Positions 14,678 to 24,016 of a stretch of DNA of 39,227 nt are shown in pieces. How positions within the stretch are numbered: the first letter of the stretch is position 1; every line of letters starts with the position of its first letter. The notes beneath the pieces are model-generated. The model made no database searches. It saw only the letters and a program-made list of their open reading frames with translations, and was not told the DNA's origin. The position numbers were made by a program, and so were the translations under genes. The DNA is from a virus (taxonomy: Duplodnaviria; Caudoviricetes): positions 1 to 39,227 of the IMG/VR virus record IMGVR_UViG_3300044454_000036, one strand, 5' to 3'.

Positions 14678-17539
14678 CTAGAACGCATCGTATGTCTCGT
14701 ACCAGAACTGGACGCTCATCCCGTACGTGGCCCCCGGCTGGTAGTAGCCGGGTCCGACAGCGACCATCCAGCCAGCGGTCGGTGGCGTGGGGACGTGCTG
14801 GAACAGGAAGATGGCAGCCGTGCTGTGGTACGTCGTCATGAAGTGGCCGGTGTACTCGTTGTCGGGGTAGCCCCACGTGAAGCCGTGGCTCGCCCAGTTG
14901 CCATAGAAGGCCCCCGCGCCCAAGGCGTACGGCATGCCCCTCAGGCAGACATACGTGCCCGCATTCATGCCACCAGAGTGGCGCGAGATAGCGCCGTGGC
15001 AGAAGACGATGTTGCCGATGCGCGTGAAGCGGCCCCACGTGCCGTTGTCGGAGCCCCAGCAGCCGCCGCCAGAGGTGTCAATCTGCAAGTCGGGCGTCCA
15101 TGCGCCCTCCTTGTAGCCATCAAGCGACCCGAGGTCGTTCGACAGGGCGCTGCCGAACTTGAGGCCAGCCGCATCGAGCGTCAGAGGCGTCCTGCCGGTC
15201 CCGCTGCCGCTCGCCGCGATGAGGCGTGCGTTGTAGTCGGTCGAGTCGTTGTCTGGCGAGAAGTCGATGTAGGCGTAGCCGTCGTTGCCACGTAGTTCGA
15301 TGGCCGCATCGTTGGCCCCGGTCTGGAGCCACACCTCGGGCTTGCCGCTGGCCAGATGGGAGGCCCTGACCTTCCCGACCCCCGGCGAGTCGAGGTAGGT
15401 GTCGCCGCCAAGCATCAGGCCATGCTGCGAGAGTTCGACGACGTCCCTGAGTTGCCCGCCTGAGCCGCGCATGCGGAGTGACGCTCCCCGACTGGCGTCG
15501 ATGGAGATACCGCCCACGTCCACGATGACCGCCCCGGTCTGTCCGGGGTTCCACGTGGAGGCGACCGGGCCCTCCTCGATTTGGACGGCGTCCACCCAGA
15601 AGATGTCGCCCAGCCCATCAGCCGTGGCGTCATAGGCCACACCGACCGACACCTCCGTGGTCGCATCGTCGGTCGTGAAGGTGACCCGCATGCGGAACCA
15701 CTCACCCTGCGTGTCGGTGACCGGGTCGGTGACAGCCACCACGAAGGGGTCAGGGCTGGCGTCACGGCGCACGACGCCACGGATGGCACCATGTGAGAGC
15801 GTGCCCCTGACCCAGACGCTCAGGGTGTACTTGGTGTTCTTGACCACCGGCACGACGTAACGGTCGCCGTTGGTGTCCGTTTCCGCCCACGCCGTGAGGC
15901 CCGTTGCGACCGGCGTCTGCCGCGTCCACTTGAGGGACTTCGTGCCGTAGCGCCTGTTGCTCGTGTCGAGTTGCCAGAAGTCTTCGTCCAGCCCGCTGAA
16001 CACCCACTCGTCAGGCTGCTGCGCAGCGCCAAGGAAGGTCAGGGACATGTCGCTCAGGGTGGTGCGCGAGGACGTGTCCCTGCCGATGGCGAGACGCACG
16101 AGGACGTTCATCCACTCTGGCTGACCGACCTCACCGATGGACGCCTTCCACGCACCTGCACCGGCACCACCCGCACCAGTCGCGCCACGGAAGATTGTGG
16201 CTGCCGATGGGCTGCTGCCGTTCAGTTTGCCGAGGCTGAAGGCGTACTGGCCAGAGAACGTGGTGCCGTGGTACTGGTAGATGGCCTGCGACCAGCGCAC
16301 CTTGATGGCGGTCCACGCCGAGAACGGTCCCCAGTTGCCCTCGCTGTCGCGTGTCTGGGCGCGGATGTAGCGGTTCAGGTCATTGGGCAGGCCGAAGGGG
16401 ATGTTGAAGTCATAGGCCCCGCCGCTGTAGAAGGTGCCGTCATAGCCACCACTCCAGTCAGCCGTGGCTTGGTTCGTGCTGATTTCGAACTGGATACGGG
16501 TCTGCGCCTTGCCATCCGGGTCGCTGGGCGTGATGCGGACGGTTGGCCGACCCTCGTTCCCGCTCCATTGGTTGAGGTCGCCCAAGTTGTGGATGGGCTG
16601 CATACCGCCCACGATGCTGGGCGCGTTCGGGAGCGCCCAGACGTAGTGCCACCACGGGTCGGAGTACCCGGAGGAGGCACCATGGTGGTCAACGAAGTAG
16701 CCCCTGAAGCAATGCCACTTGCCCCTCGTCAGGGTCGGGTAGAAGTCAGCGACGTACCGGGCTGGGTTCGTGTCGAAGCCAGAGGCTCCGGGGCCTGCCG
16801 CCCATGACTGGTCCCCGTAGTTGTTGACGACCCCGTACTCGATGGCGACCCCACCTGCGGGGTCACCGTCGATGTCCCCGTTGTTGGCGAGACGCACGAG
16901 CGGCTGCGTGTTGTTCCCGTAGGAGGCGTTCCCCGGAGCCTCGCCCCACGGCTTGTAGGGGGCCTCGTTGGGCACCTCGTACGTGATGTCGATGTAGGCA
17001 ACGACACCCGAGTCGTTGGCCCGCCACTCGCTCCTGTGCTGGTTCGGGTTGTAGGCAGCGAACATGAAGCCGTAGTTGGGGTACCCCGCCTTGAGTGCCT
17101 GCACGGTGACCGTGGCGTCGATGCCATAGGCCCAGCCGTTGTTGTGGCTCGGCCATGTCGAGACGGCGTCCCAGCCCGGAGAGTAGGCGGGACCATCCAA
17201 GGCCCAGCCGCCACCGCCGCAGACCGTGCCCGCGTTCTGGTGGTCGGGAGGAGCCTGCGAGAGACGCCCGATGAGCCAACTCGGTGAGGCTCCCCAGAAC
17301 GACCCGAAGTGGACGGCTGTGTCGCAGACCTGCACCACCACCTGCGCTGAGATGACCGACACCATGTACGAGGTGTCGATGGGGAAGTGGATGATGGGCT
17401 GGTAGAAACTGGTGTGAGCGTTGTTATCGCCCACCGGCAGGTGCTGGTCGATGGAGCCCCAGCGGTGGTTCCCCCCGGAGTCCCACGTGTAGCCGGTATC
17501 CCAGTCCGCGTAGTAGCGGACGGTGGCCTGCCTCGTCAC
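14678..17539 (-). CDS. Receptor-binding/tail fibre protein (DNRLRE-like, Ig-like, CBM4/9-like and fibre-tip domains)
   Basis: N-terminal PIIHF...SAQV...IDAT..VQ....NYGF; GTKSLK...YTLSVWVRG...W.R..VTFTT...VDAVQIEEG; C-terminal YKEGAWTP...GRFTRIGNIV. Confidence 0.8.
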   Translation of the reverse strand: MTRQATVRYYADWDTGYTWDSGGNHRWGSIDQHLPVGDNNAHTSFYQPIIHFPIDTSYMVSVISAQVVVQVCDTAVHFGSFWGASPSWLIGRLSQAPPDHQNAGTVCGGGGWALDGPAYSPGWDAVSTWPSHNNGWAYGIDATVTVQALKAGYPNYGFMFAAYNPNQHRSEWRANDSGVVAYIDITYEVPNEAPYKPWGEAPGNASYGNNTQPLVRLANNGDIDGDPAGGVAIEYGVVNNYGDQSWAAGPGASGFDTNPARYVADFYPTLTRGKWHCFRGYFVDHHGASSGYSDPWWHYVWALPNAPSIVGGMQPIHNLGDLNQWSGNEGRPTVRITPSDPDGKAQTRIQFEISTNQATADWSGGYDGTFYSGGAYDFNIPFGLPNDLNRYIRAQTRDSEGNWGPFSAWTAIKVRWSQAIYQYHGTTFSGQYAFSLGKLNGSSPSAATIFRGATGAGGAGAGAWKASIGEVGQPEWMNVLVRLAIGRDTSSRTTLSDMSLTFLGAAQQPDEWVFSGLDEDFWQLDTSNRRYGTKSLKWTRQTPVATGLTAWAETDTNGDRYVVPVVKNTKYTLSVWVRGTLSHGAIRGVVRRDASPDPFVVAVTDPVTDTQGEWFRMRVTFTTDDATTEVSVGVAYDATADGLGDIFWVDAVQIEEGPVASTWNPGQTGAVIVDVGGISIDASRGASLRMRGSGGQLRDVVELSQHGLMLGGDTYLDSPGVGKVRASHLASGKPEVWLQTGANDAAIELRGNDGYAYIDFSPDNDSTDYNARLIAASGSGTGRTPLTLDAAGLKFGSALSNDLGSLDGYKEGAWTPDLQIDTSGGGCWGSDNGTWGRFTRIGNIVFCHGAISRHSGGMNAGTYVCLRGMPYALGAGAFYGNWASHGFTWGYPDNEYTGHFMTTYHSTAAIFLFQHVPTPPTAGWMVAVGPGYYQPGATYGMSVQFWYETYDAF

Positions 17540-18831
17540 GTGTAGTCATCCATTCCTAGGACGGCTGTCGTGGTGTCCATGTTGATGGCTCCGATGTGAC
17601 CGGCCCACTCACCCTGCGTGTCCCACTTGGCCTCCTGCTCGATGGCCAGAGGGAAGAGTTCGAAGCCGCTGTTCTTGACCATGTTGTGCCCACCCGGCTG
17701 CGAGCCGAGGAGGATGGTGTCTGCCACGATACCCTCTCCAGAGAGGGCCGTAGTCCATATCGGGACGGTGTCCGTGAACGTCTCGGTGAACTCCAGCCGA
17801 CCGCCCTGCCAGCGCATGGCGCGAGCCGGGTCGTTGGGGTCCACGCTGACGATGCCCATGTGGTCGATGCGCAGCATCTGCACGGGGATGGGCAGCGTGT
17901 CGTCCAACACGACGAGGTACGGGCCGGGGCCGTACTCGGCGCCACCCAGCGTCAGGGTCCCAGACGTGATGGCGTTGGCGCTCAACTCCCCGGTGTCGAT
18001 GAAGTCGTTGACCGTGATGCTTTCGAAGACCATGTCGGCCTGCGGCACCTTGGTCGGCGTGGCCGTGACATCCACGCTCCACGCAGAGATGTTGCCGCTG
18101 CGGTCCACGGCCCTGACCCGTACGCCGTATTCGACCTCGTTCTCAAGGTTGCCGATGACGAAGCGGGAGGCTGGGCTCCTGAACATCGTGATGGTCCCGG
18201 CCTCGTCCGAGGTCTTCCAGAGGGCCACCTCGTAGAAGGAGAAGTCCTGCTCCTGATTGGCGTCCCAGTCCACGGCCATGAGCCCGTAGCCGGAAGCCGA
18301 GTCCAAGTTCGACGGCACCGCAGGGGGCACCGTGTCCATGAGCGCCATGGCCGTGGCGGTGTCGCTCCACGCGCCCTTGTAGCCCTCAAGGTCGTAGGCC
18401 CTGACGCGCACGTCGTACGGGGTATTCCCGATGATGTGGTCGGTGAACGTGACATCCGTCACATCTGCCCCGACCTTCAGCACGTGCGGGGTAGCCCATG
18501 TGGCAGGGGTTTCGTTGACCCATTCGTCCCATTGGACCTCGTACCCGATGATGTCGGTCGGGAGGACCGGGTCCCAGACCACCTTCAGGGCAGGGATGGG
18601 CGTCCCGTCCTGCTGCGACTTGTAGGTCGGCGTGACGACGACGCCCGCCACCTTGGGCGGGAACAGGAAGTCGCCCGGATACCAGCCACCGGGAGGAGGA
18701 GGCATGGTGCCGTCGCCGGGGATGGTGCCCTGCTCCGTCCACGTGTCGTAGGTCGGGCCGAGGCGCTGGTAGACCGTGCCGCTATCGAGGTCGAGGTAGA
18801 AGTAGCACTCGCAAGGCGTGGGCTCACCCAT
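17536..18831 (-). CDS. Fibronectin type III tail protein
   Basis: Two FN3-like repeats (V.WDP....IGYEVQW...YDVRVRAYD..G..GAWS; VDW..N.E.D...YEV...YGVRVRAVDRSGN.S.WS); start set at ATG 18831 (TGATG overlap). Confidence 0.8.
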   Translation of the reverse strand: MGEPTPCECYFYLDLDSGTVYQRLGPTYDTWTEQGTIPGDGTMPPPPGGWYPGDFLFPPKVAGVVVTPTYKSQQDGTPIPALKVVWDPVLPTDIIGYEVQWDEWVNETPATWATPHVLKVGADVTDVTFTDHIIGNTPYDVRVRAYDLEGYKGAWSDTATAMALMDTVPPAVPSNLDSASGYGLMAVDWDANQEQDFSFYEVALWKTSDEAGTITMFRSPASRFVIGNLENEVEYGVRVRAVDRSGNISAWSVDVTATPTKVPQADMVFESITVNDFIDTGELSANAITSGTLTLGGAEYGPGPYLVVLDDTLPIPVQMLRIDHMGIVSVDPNDPARAMRWQGGRLEFTETFTDTVPIWTTALSGEGIVADTILLGSQPGGHNMVKNSGFELFPLAIEQEAKWDTQGEWAGHIGAINMDTTTAVLGMDDYT

Positions 18832-21413
18832 CAGATGGGCACCCCCGCGCAGGGTGGAGGAGGCCCATGCCCCATGGCCCACTCAGGGACACGGTGCAGC
18901 GGGTCGGATGGGAGCAGGTCAGCGTCAGGGTCCTCGTCATCCTCACGAGGCTTTACGGCCCACGTGAGTTCGTCGTGGCCGTCAGGGAAGACCCGGTATT
19001 CCAGCCCCCAGAGGGTCCAGTATCCAGAGCCGTAGCGGTCTGTCTCGACCATGCCACGGTCGATGTCGATGGGGATGTTGTCGGTCAGGTCATAGCCGTC
19101 GAAGGGGTCGATGCTGTGGACCTTGATGGCCAGCCTCATGCGCTTGCCGACCTTGGACGTTTCCTTGACCAACTGCTTGACGCGCCGCTTCAGGTCGTGG
19201 CTGTCGATGAGGTCTTCGTAGACCTCCACGCGCTGCAGGCTGCCGAACGTCTGGGTCAGGAAGTTGGTCCCACCCTCGGTCGGGTACACGTAGTACATGG
19301 GCTTGACCGAGTTCGCCTGCGTGCCCACGCCGTGCGCCCGTGTGGCGTAATCCTCGCCCATGGCGATGACCCTGAAGTTCTGCAGGTTGGAGCCGTACTG
19401 CAACTTCAGGTTGTCACGGTCGATGCCGGGCGTGTTGCGCAGGTCCCACTCCCAGCGGTCAGCCTGTGATGGGTCACGCCGTGCCCGCAATCGGGTGCGC
19501 TTACCCGTCCCCTGCCGGTGCGACTCGATGAGGCCACGGATGAAGTCGAGCCGCTGCTTGAACGAGGAGTAGATGGTCACTCGCGTGTTGAGTTCGTTCG
19601 TCACGAAGCCGTTGCCCAGATTGAAGAACCCAAGGGGCGAGTCCGCTTGGTTCTTGGCGTGCGTCAACTGCTCCTTGATGATGTCCGAAATCTTCTCGTC
19701 TATGTACTTCGCGCCGCCCTTCGCATGAGTGAGGTCGATGTTCGCGCCCTCCTGAGGGAAGCGCGTGTCCACCGACCGCGACAGCATGCCGATGTAGTCG
19801 AGCCCATAGATGATGATGTCGTCGTCACCAGCGTCGAAGTCCGTGAGGATGCCGTTGCAGATGTCCTGCCAGCCACCGTTGCGGTACTGCTGCAGGGAGA
19901 AGTGGCGCTGGAAGGGCTCGCACTCGCCAGCCTGTGGGTGCAAAGAGGTCAGCGTGAAGAAGAACTCTCCCGGCTCGTTGACGACCTGACTGAAGCCGAT
20001 GTTGTGCGCGTTCTCGATGATGGCCTTGACCGTCCCCGGCCCACGCCCCGGCCCATCAGCGGCACGCAGCACGATGCGCACCCTGCCACGGCGCTGCTTG
20101 TAGCCGGTGATGAACGGGGGCTGGCCGTCGCCGTCTTGGTCAGGCTCCTCGCTCCCGTAGGTGAGTGTGAAGCGCACGACCGGGGACCATTCGGACAGTT
20201 GGCCGAGGGCGTCGAGTATCTGGACCCTGATGTCGTACTGCCCCGCCTGCAGTTTCTCCCCCATGTACGGGAAGAGCAGACACCCCTGTGCCGACTCGAC
20301 CTCGGTCAGAGGCGAGAACGTCTCGTCCCACGAGGGCACGGCCCATCCCAAGTCCAGCGCTGACTTGGTCTGGACTCGATACTGGACGACGTAGTTCTCC
20401 TCCTCCTCGTCCGGGTCGAAGTGCCAGTCCGCTGCGAACCTGAACCCGGCCAGATTGGACAGCACCCCGATTTCTCGTATCGTCACCGAGGGTCGGAGCC
20501 CTTCGAACGTGAACCCTTGCCATAGCCCCCACGCGGAACTCAACCCTCCGGGGTCCGTCCCCATCGCTCTGGCCCTGTAAGGGACGTTCGACTTGAAGAC
20601 TCCTGAGCCGGGGTTCGGGGTTGACCAGCGCCATGTCGAGCCACCTTCGTCGTACCACGTGCCATCGTTGCCGACCCTGACCGTCCACACACGGTTGCCG
20701 TTATCGACCCGCTCGACCTCGATGTCCACGTAGGCCGGGCACGTCCCGTTCGGGTCGATGACCTGCCCGCTGAAAGCGGTGTTCCTCGGCACGGTCCCCG
20801 CAGGCGTGATGACGTTCGTCTCTGAGGGAGCGTAGTTTGGCCGGTCGTAGTCGATAAGGATGTAGGCGGGAGCGCCGCCCTCCTTCGTGCCGAACTGGAC
20901 GCTGTTCGTGTAGTCGGACTCGCCCGTCTTCAGGCGGATGCCGTGGTTGGGCTTGTCCCAGCCAGAGCCACCGGGCCAGCCCTGCGACGAGCGCAGCCAC
21001 GGGCCGACGATGTGCGTGATGTCGATAGCCGTGACGCCGCCATGGTTACCGGCCACGGCTGACCACGCCTCACCGTTATCGGTGATGTTCGCGTCGAAGC
21101 CATCGTTGAGGTGCCATGCAGGACCGACGCCCTCGGGCCAGCCCTCGATGCAGCGCGACACCTTGACCGAAGGTGAGGGGCCCGGAGCCCAGTCGCCGTG
21201 GACCGTGGTCAGGTAGAGGACGGCTGAGTGCAGGTATCCGATGTCGGAGAGGTCGATGCCGAACTCCACGAAAGAGCGATGGACATACCCCTCACGCTTG
21301 CCGATGGACATGTTCGACCGACCGGGGCAGCCCTCCTTGGTGCCCGCCCAGTCAGACTTGGACCTGACGGACGTGTCCTTGGATGCGTCCCACCGGCCCT
21401 GCCGCTCGCCCAC
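18831..21413 (-). CDS. Tail hub/Tal-like (Sipho Gp37-like) protein with N-terminal DNRLRE and Ig-like domains
   Basis: RSFVEF..DLS......SAVLYL...DIT..V..W...NHGIRLK...F.TKE; C-terminal NEPGEFFFTL...G.D.IG.L.R...L.YG.NL. Confidence 0.65.
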   Translation of the reverse strand: MGERQGRWDASKDTSVRSKSDWAGTKEGCPGRSNMSIGKREGYVHRSFVEFGIDLSDIGYLHSAVLYLTTVHGDWAPGPSPSVKVSRCIEGWPEGVGPAWHLNDGFDANITDNGEAWSAVAGNHGGVTAIDITHIVGPWLRSSQGWPGGSGWDKPNHGIRLKTGESDYTNSVQFGTKEGGAPAYILIDYDRPNYAPSETNVITPAGTVPRNTAFSGQVIDPNGTCPAYVDIEVERVDNGNRVWTVRVGNDGTWYDEGGSTWRWSTPNPGSGVFKSNVPYRARAMGTDPGGLSSAWGLWQGFTFEGLRPSVTIREIGVLSNLAGFRFAADWHFDPDEEEENYVVQYRVQTKSALDLGWAVPSWDETFSPLTEVESAQGCLLFPYMGEKLQAGQYDIRVQILDALGQLSEWSPVVRFTLTYGSEEPDQDGDGQPPFITGYKQRRGRVRIVLRAADGPGRGPGTVKAIIENAHNIGFSQVVNEPGEFFFTLTSLHPQAGECEPFQRHFSLQQYRNGGWQDICNGILTDFDAGDDDIIIYGLDYIGMLSRSVDTRFPQEGANIDLTHAKGGAKYIDEKISDIIKEQLTHAKNQADSPLGFFNLGNGFVTNELNTRVTIYSSFKQRLDFIRGLIESHRQGTGKRTRLRARRDPSQADRWEWDLRNTPGIDRDNLKLQYGSNLQNFRVIAMGEDYATRAHGVGTQANSVKPMYYVYPTEGGTNFLTQTFGSLQRVEVYEDLIDSHDLKRRVKQLVKETSKVGKRMRLAIKVHSIDPFDGYDLTDNIPIDIDRGMVETDRYGSGYWTLWGLEYRVFPDGHDELTWAVKPREDDEDPDADLLPSDPLHRVPEWAMGHGPPPPCAGVPI

Positions 21414-22337
21414 TTAGACCCACGCCTCGTTGTACCAAAGGCGAGCCCCTGCCCCGTCCACGGGTCCATCGCATGACCACGTGAAGCCAGCGGCAGCCTC
21501 GCCCTCTGGCGTGGGCGGGACCTTGGGGTAGGTACTCTCGCCCGCGAACGTGACGAGGTCCATGCGCAGCGTCTCGGCCCCGTTCACTTCCAGAGTCAGC
21601 ACCTTGTTGATGGAGTCCAGCCTGAGGATGCGCTGCCAGCCGCCTGCCGGGATGGCGATGGTGAACGTCGAACCCACGCCCACCCACGAGAAGGTGTAGG
21701 AGCCAGCCGAGGAGGCTGGCATGACGACGATGAAGTTGAGCGGTGCTGGGTAGTTGCCCCGGTTCTGCAGCGTGCCCGTGCCGCCGTAGCCGCTAAGGGG
21801 CTGCTCTGCCTGCACCGGGGCATAGAAGCGTGGGTCGATGGCCTCCAGCACGACCGTGAACGGGAGCGAGTAGCCAGCGGTGCTGACCCCGCTGATGGCG
21901 CCCAGTTCGATTTCGTAGTCGGGCTGCATGGCAGGGCGCACGTAGATGACACGGTCCACGAAGCCGGTCGGCCAGAAGTAGGTCTGCATCGTGGGCTGGC
22001 TGAACGAGAGGGGCAGATACCCCTTACGGGCAGGGGCCTCGGCGTAGGCGTCAGTCGGGGTCATGAGCAGGCGCAGGGCGTCGAGGTATTCGTAGAGTTG
22101 CGCCTTCGTCTGCGCGAAGACTTCGCCTGCCAGCGTCACGCGGCGCGTGCCGATGAACACGTCGCTGGCATCCATGCCGTCCTCCAGCGACTTCTTCTCC
22201 GTGTAGCCGTGGACGGACACGTCCGTGAAGCGGGCTCGGGTCAGGCGGATGCCCTCGATGGGCTGCGCCCCACCCGGTCCACCATAGGCACCCGTGAGGA
22301 GCAGGCCCCTGTAGGCGATGGGCCGAGTGAGGTCCAC
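21414..22337 (-). CDS. Distal tail (Dit)-like protein
   Basis: DG....DVF.G.R.VTL.G....F.V.L.A.DPRFY...LQNRGNYPAP...LDS ...W, the layout of siphophage Dit/tail-domain proteins. Confidence 0.65.
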   Translation of the reverse strand: MDLTRPIAYRGLLLTGAYGGPGGAQPIEGIRLTRARFTDVSVHGYTEKKSLEDGMDASDVFIGTRRVTLAGEVFAQTKAQLYEYLDALRLLMTPTDAYAEAPARKGYLPLSFSQPTMQTYFWPTGFVDRVIYVRPAMQPDYEIELGAISGVSTAGYSLPFTVVLEAIDPRFYAPVQAEQPLSGYGGTGTLQNRGNYPAPLNFIVVMPASSAGSYTFSWVGVGSTFTIAIPAGGWQRILRLDSINKVLTLEVNGAETLRMDLVTFAGESTYPKVPPTPEGEAAAGFTWSCDGPVDGAGARLWYNEAWV

Positions 22338-22340
22338 GGC

Positions 22341-22979
22341 CTACGTCCTCTGCAGCGTGCGGAGACGCTGGCGCTGCTCGCGCCATTGCGACTGGTACAG
22401 GTCGGCTGTCTGCGCCAACTGGTTAGGGCTCACGTCCGAGTTGCCGGTGTTGGTCAGCCATTGCTGGAAGAGCAGCCTGTCGTTCTGCAGGCGCTGGTAC
22501 CCGTTGAGCAGGGCCACGGAGCGGACGGCGAACTCGACCTCGGCGTCACCGTCGAGGAGGTCGCCATCAGCGGCCATCAACTCGCGGTCCCAGTAGCCCC
22601 AGATGCGGATGGAGTGGACGCTCGCCTCAAGCCCGATAGCGTAGCCGTAGGGGAGATATAGCACACCAGCGTGCATGTCCCAGCCACCCTGCCCGCTGTG
22701 GACGTAGGTGTTCTGGGGGATGCCCTGTGCGGGGTATCCCTCCATCAGCCACTCGACCCTGAAGATGCTGGCCGCGTCCGTGATGAAAGCCTGCTGCCCG
22801 TTCTCGTTGACGGTCAGGACATCGACACGCTCCTTGGGGTAGACGCGGCTGACCTCGACAACGCCGAGGTTCAGCAGGTCGTTGACCTCCTGTGGGGTGA
22901 ATGTCTTGTTCTCCGGGTCGCGCAGGTCGCGTGCGACCGACGCACGGAGGATGGAACGAGAGGGCGGTGTGTACGTCAT
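22341..22979 (-). CDS. Head-tail adaptor protein
   Basis: Directly after the MCP; LR..V.RDLRD.....F...EVNDLLN.G..EV is the helical N-terminus typical of podoviral adaptors. Confidence 0.65.
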   Translation of the reverse strand: MTYTPPSRSILRASVARDLRDPENKTFTPQEVNDLLNLGVVEVSRVYPKERVDVLTVNENGQQAFITDAASIFRVEWLMEGYPAQGIPQNTYVHSGQGGWDMHAGVLYLPYGYAIGLEASVHSIRIWGYWDRELMAADGDLLDGDAEVEFAVRSVALLNGYQRLQNDRLLFQQWLTNTGNSDVSPNQLAQTADLYQSQWREQRQRLRTLQRT

Positions 22980-22986
22980 GGTGGGC

Positions 22987-23010
22987 GGGGAGCCCCCGAA
23001 GAGGCTCCCC
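22987..23010 (-). promoter_or_regulatory. Stable cUUCGg hairpin between MCP and adaptor genes
   Basis: GGGGAGCCTC-TTCG-GGGGCTCCCC with no U tract; lies between a GAGGT SD and the ATG. Confidence 0.7.
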
Positions 23011-23026
23011 TTACCTCACTTCTCGA

Positions 23027-24016
23027 TTAGGAGAAGTCAGTCCCAGCGTGGTCCTTCTTGATGCCGAACCGTGGCCCGCCAGCGGTCGCGACTTCAAGCG
23101 TCTTCGCACCCCACATGCCCTTGTAGCCCACGAGGGCCTTCTGGGCGAGCGGGTCGCTGTGGTCGCCACCGGGGCGAACCATGTACGACTGGATGCTCTG
23201 GAGGTCACCGAAGGCGAAGTAGTCGGGACCGAAGATGGTCGTGGTGTACGTGTCGGGAGAGCCCGCCGTCACCGTGCCCACGGTCGTCTCGATGAAGCGG
23301 ACGCCCCACATCCGGCCAATCTCGCCATTGAGCAGGCGGGACGGGTCGGCGTACTTGCTCGCCTCAAGCCAGCCACCGATGCTGGTGTCGCTCTGCAGGT
23401 CGTAGATGACCGCAGGGTGCGCCATGCACAGGTAGAAGCCATCAGGGAAGGTCGGGACCTTCGCCGTCTTCATGGCCACGACCCACTTGCGGATGTCCAC
23501 CGCAGCGAGGGTCGAGCCAGCAAGGGCAGGCAGCGTGACGCCGGTACCCGCCTTGACGGCGGTGGCGATGCTGCGGTCCACGGTCATCTTGGCGTCGAAC
23601 GCCACCTTGTCCGCAGCGATGCTGAGAAGGTCGAACGGCGACAGCGCCATGGAGACATCGGTCATGCCGACGAGGCGACCCTTCTGGGTCACGCTGTACT
23701 CGGCATAGCCGATGGACAGCGTCTCTTCCGAGGGAGGCGAGCCTTCCACGGAGATGACGCTCGTCGCAGCGCCAAGGTCACCGAACGCGACGTGCCGGAT
23801 GTTGTTGGTACCTGCGACCAACTTGCCGGGGATGTACGCGCCCGGCACCAGCCAGCGTGCGACATCTCGCAGGTTCTTCAGGACATCCTTCCGCACCTGA
23901 GCGGTGAGGAGCATGTCGAAGTTCGTGGTCATCGCCGGGTTGGCGGGACCACCAGTCTGCGTGGTACTGCCGGGAGGCGTTGCGCCTGCGCCCGAACCAC
24001 CAGTAATGAAAGCCAT
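23027..24016 (-). CDS. Major capsid protein (HK97 fold, N4-gp56-like)
   Basis: EGSPP.....Q.G.....TD...L..AKVP...DGFY....HP.V.YDL.SD...W.EA.KYA...L.NGEIG...GVRFIET...DPL.Q...GYK; AGGAG RBS. Confidence 0.93.
   Translation of the reverse strand: MAFITGGSGAGATPPGSTTQTGGPANPAMTTNFDMLLTAQVRKDVLKNLRDVARWLVPGAYIPGKLVAGTNNIRHVAFGDLGAATSVISVEGSPPSEETLSIGYAEYSVTQKGRLVGMTDVSMALSPFDLLSIAADKVAFDAKMTVDRSIATAVKAGTGVTLPALAGSTLAAVDIRKWVVAMKTAKVPTFPDGFYLCMAHPAVIYDLQSDTSIGGWLEASKYADPSRLLNGEIGRMWGVRFIETTVGTVTAGSPDTYTTTIFGPDYFAFGDLQSIQSYMVRPGGDHSDPLAQKALVGYKGMWGAKTLEVATAGGPRFGIKKDHAGTDFS

Noticed and set aside
14678-15100. Possible DGR variable region in the fibre tip
   Set aside because: No template repeat and no reverse transcriptase seen in the window
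22977-22986. Kozak-like GCCCACCATG
   Set aside because: The genome is clearly prokaryotic with SD-led genes; coincidence
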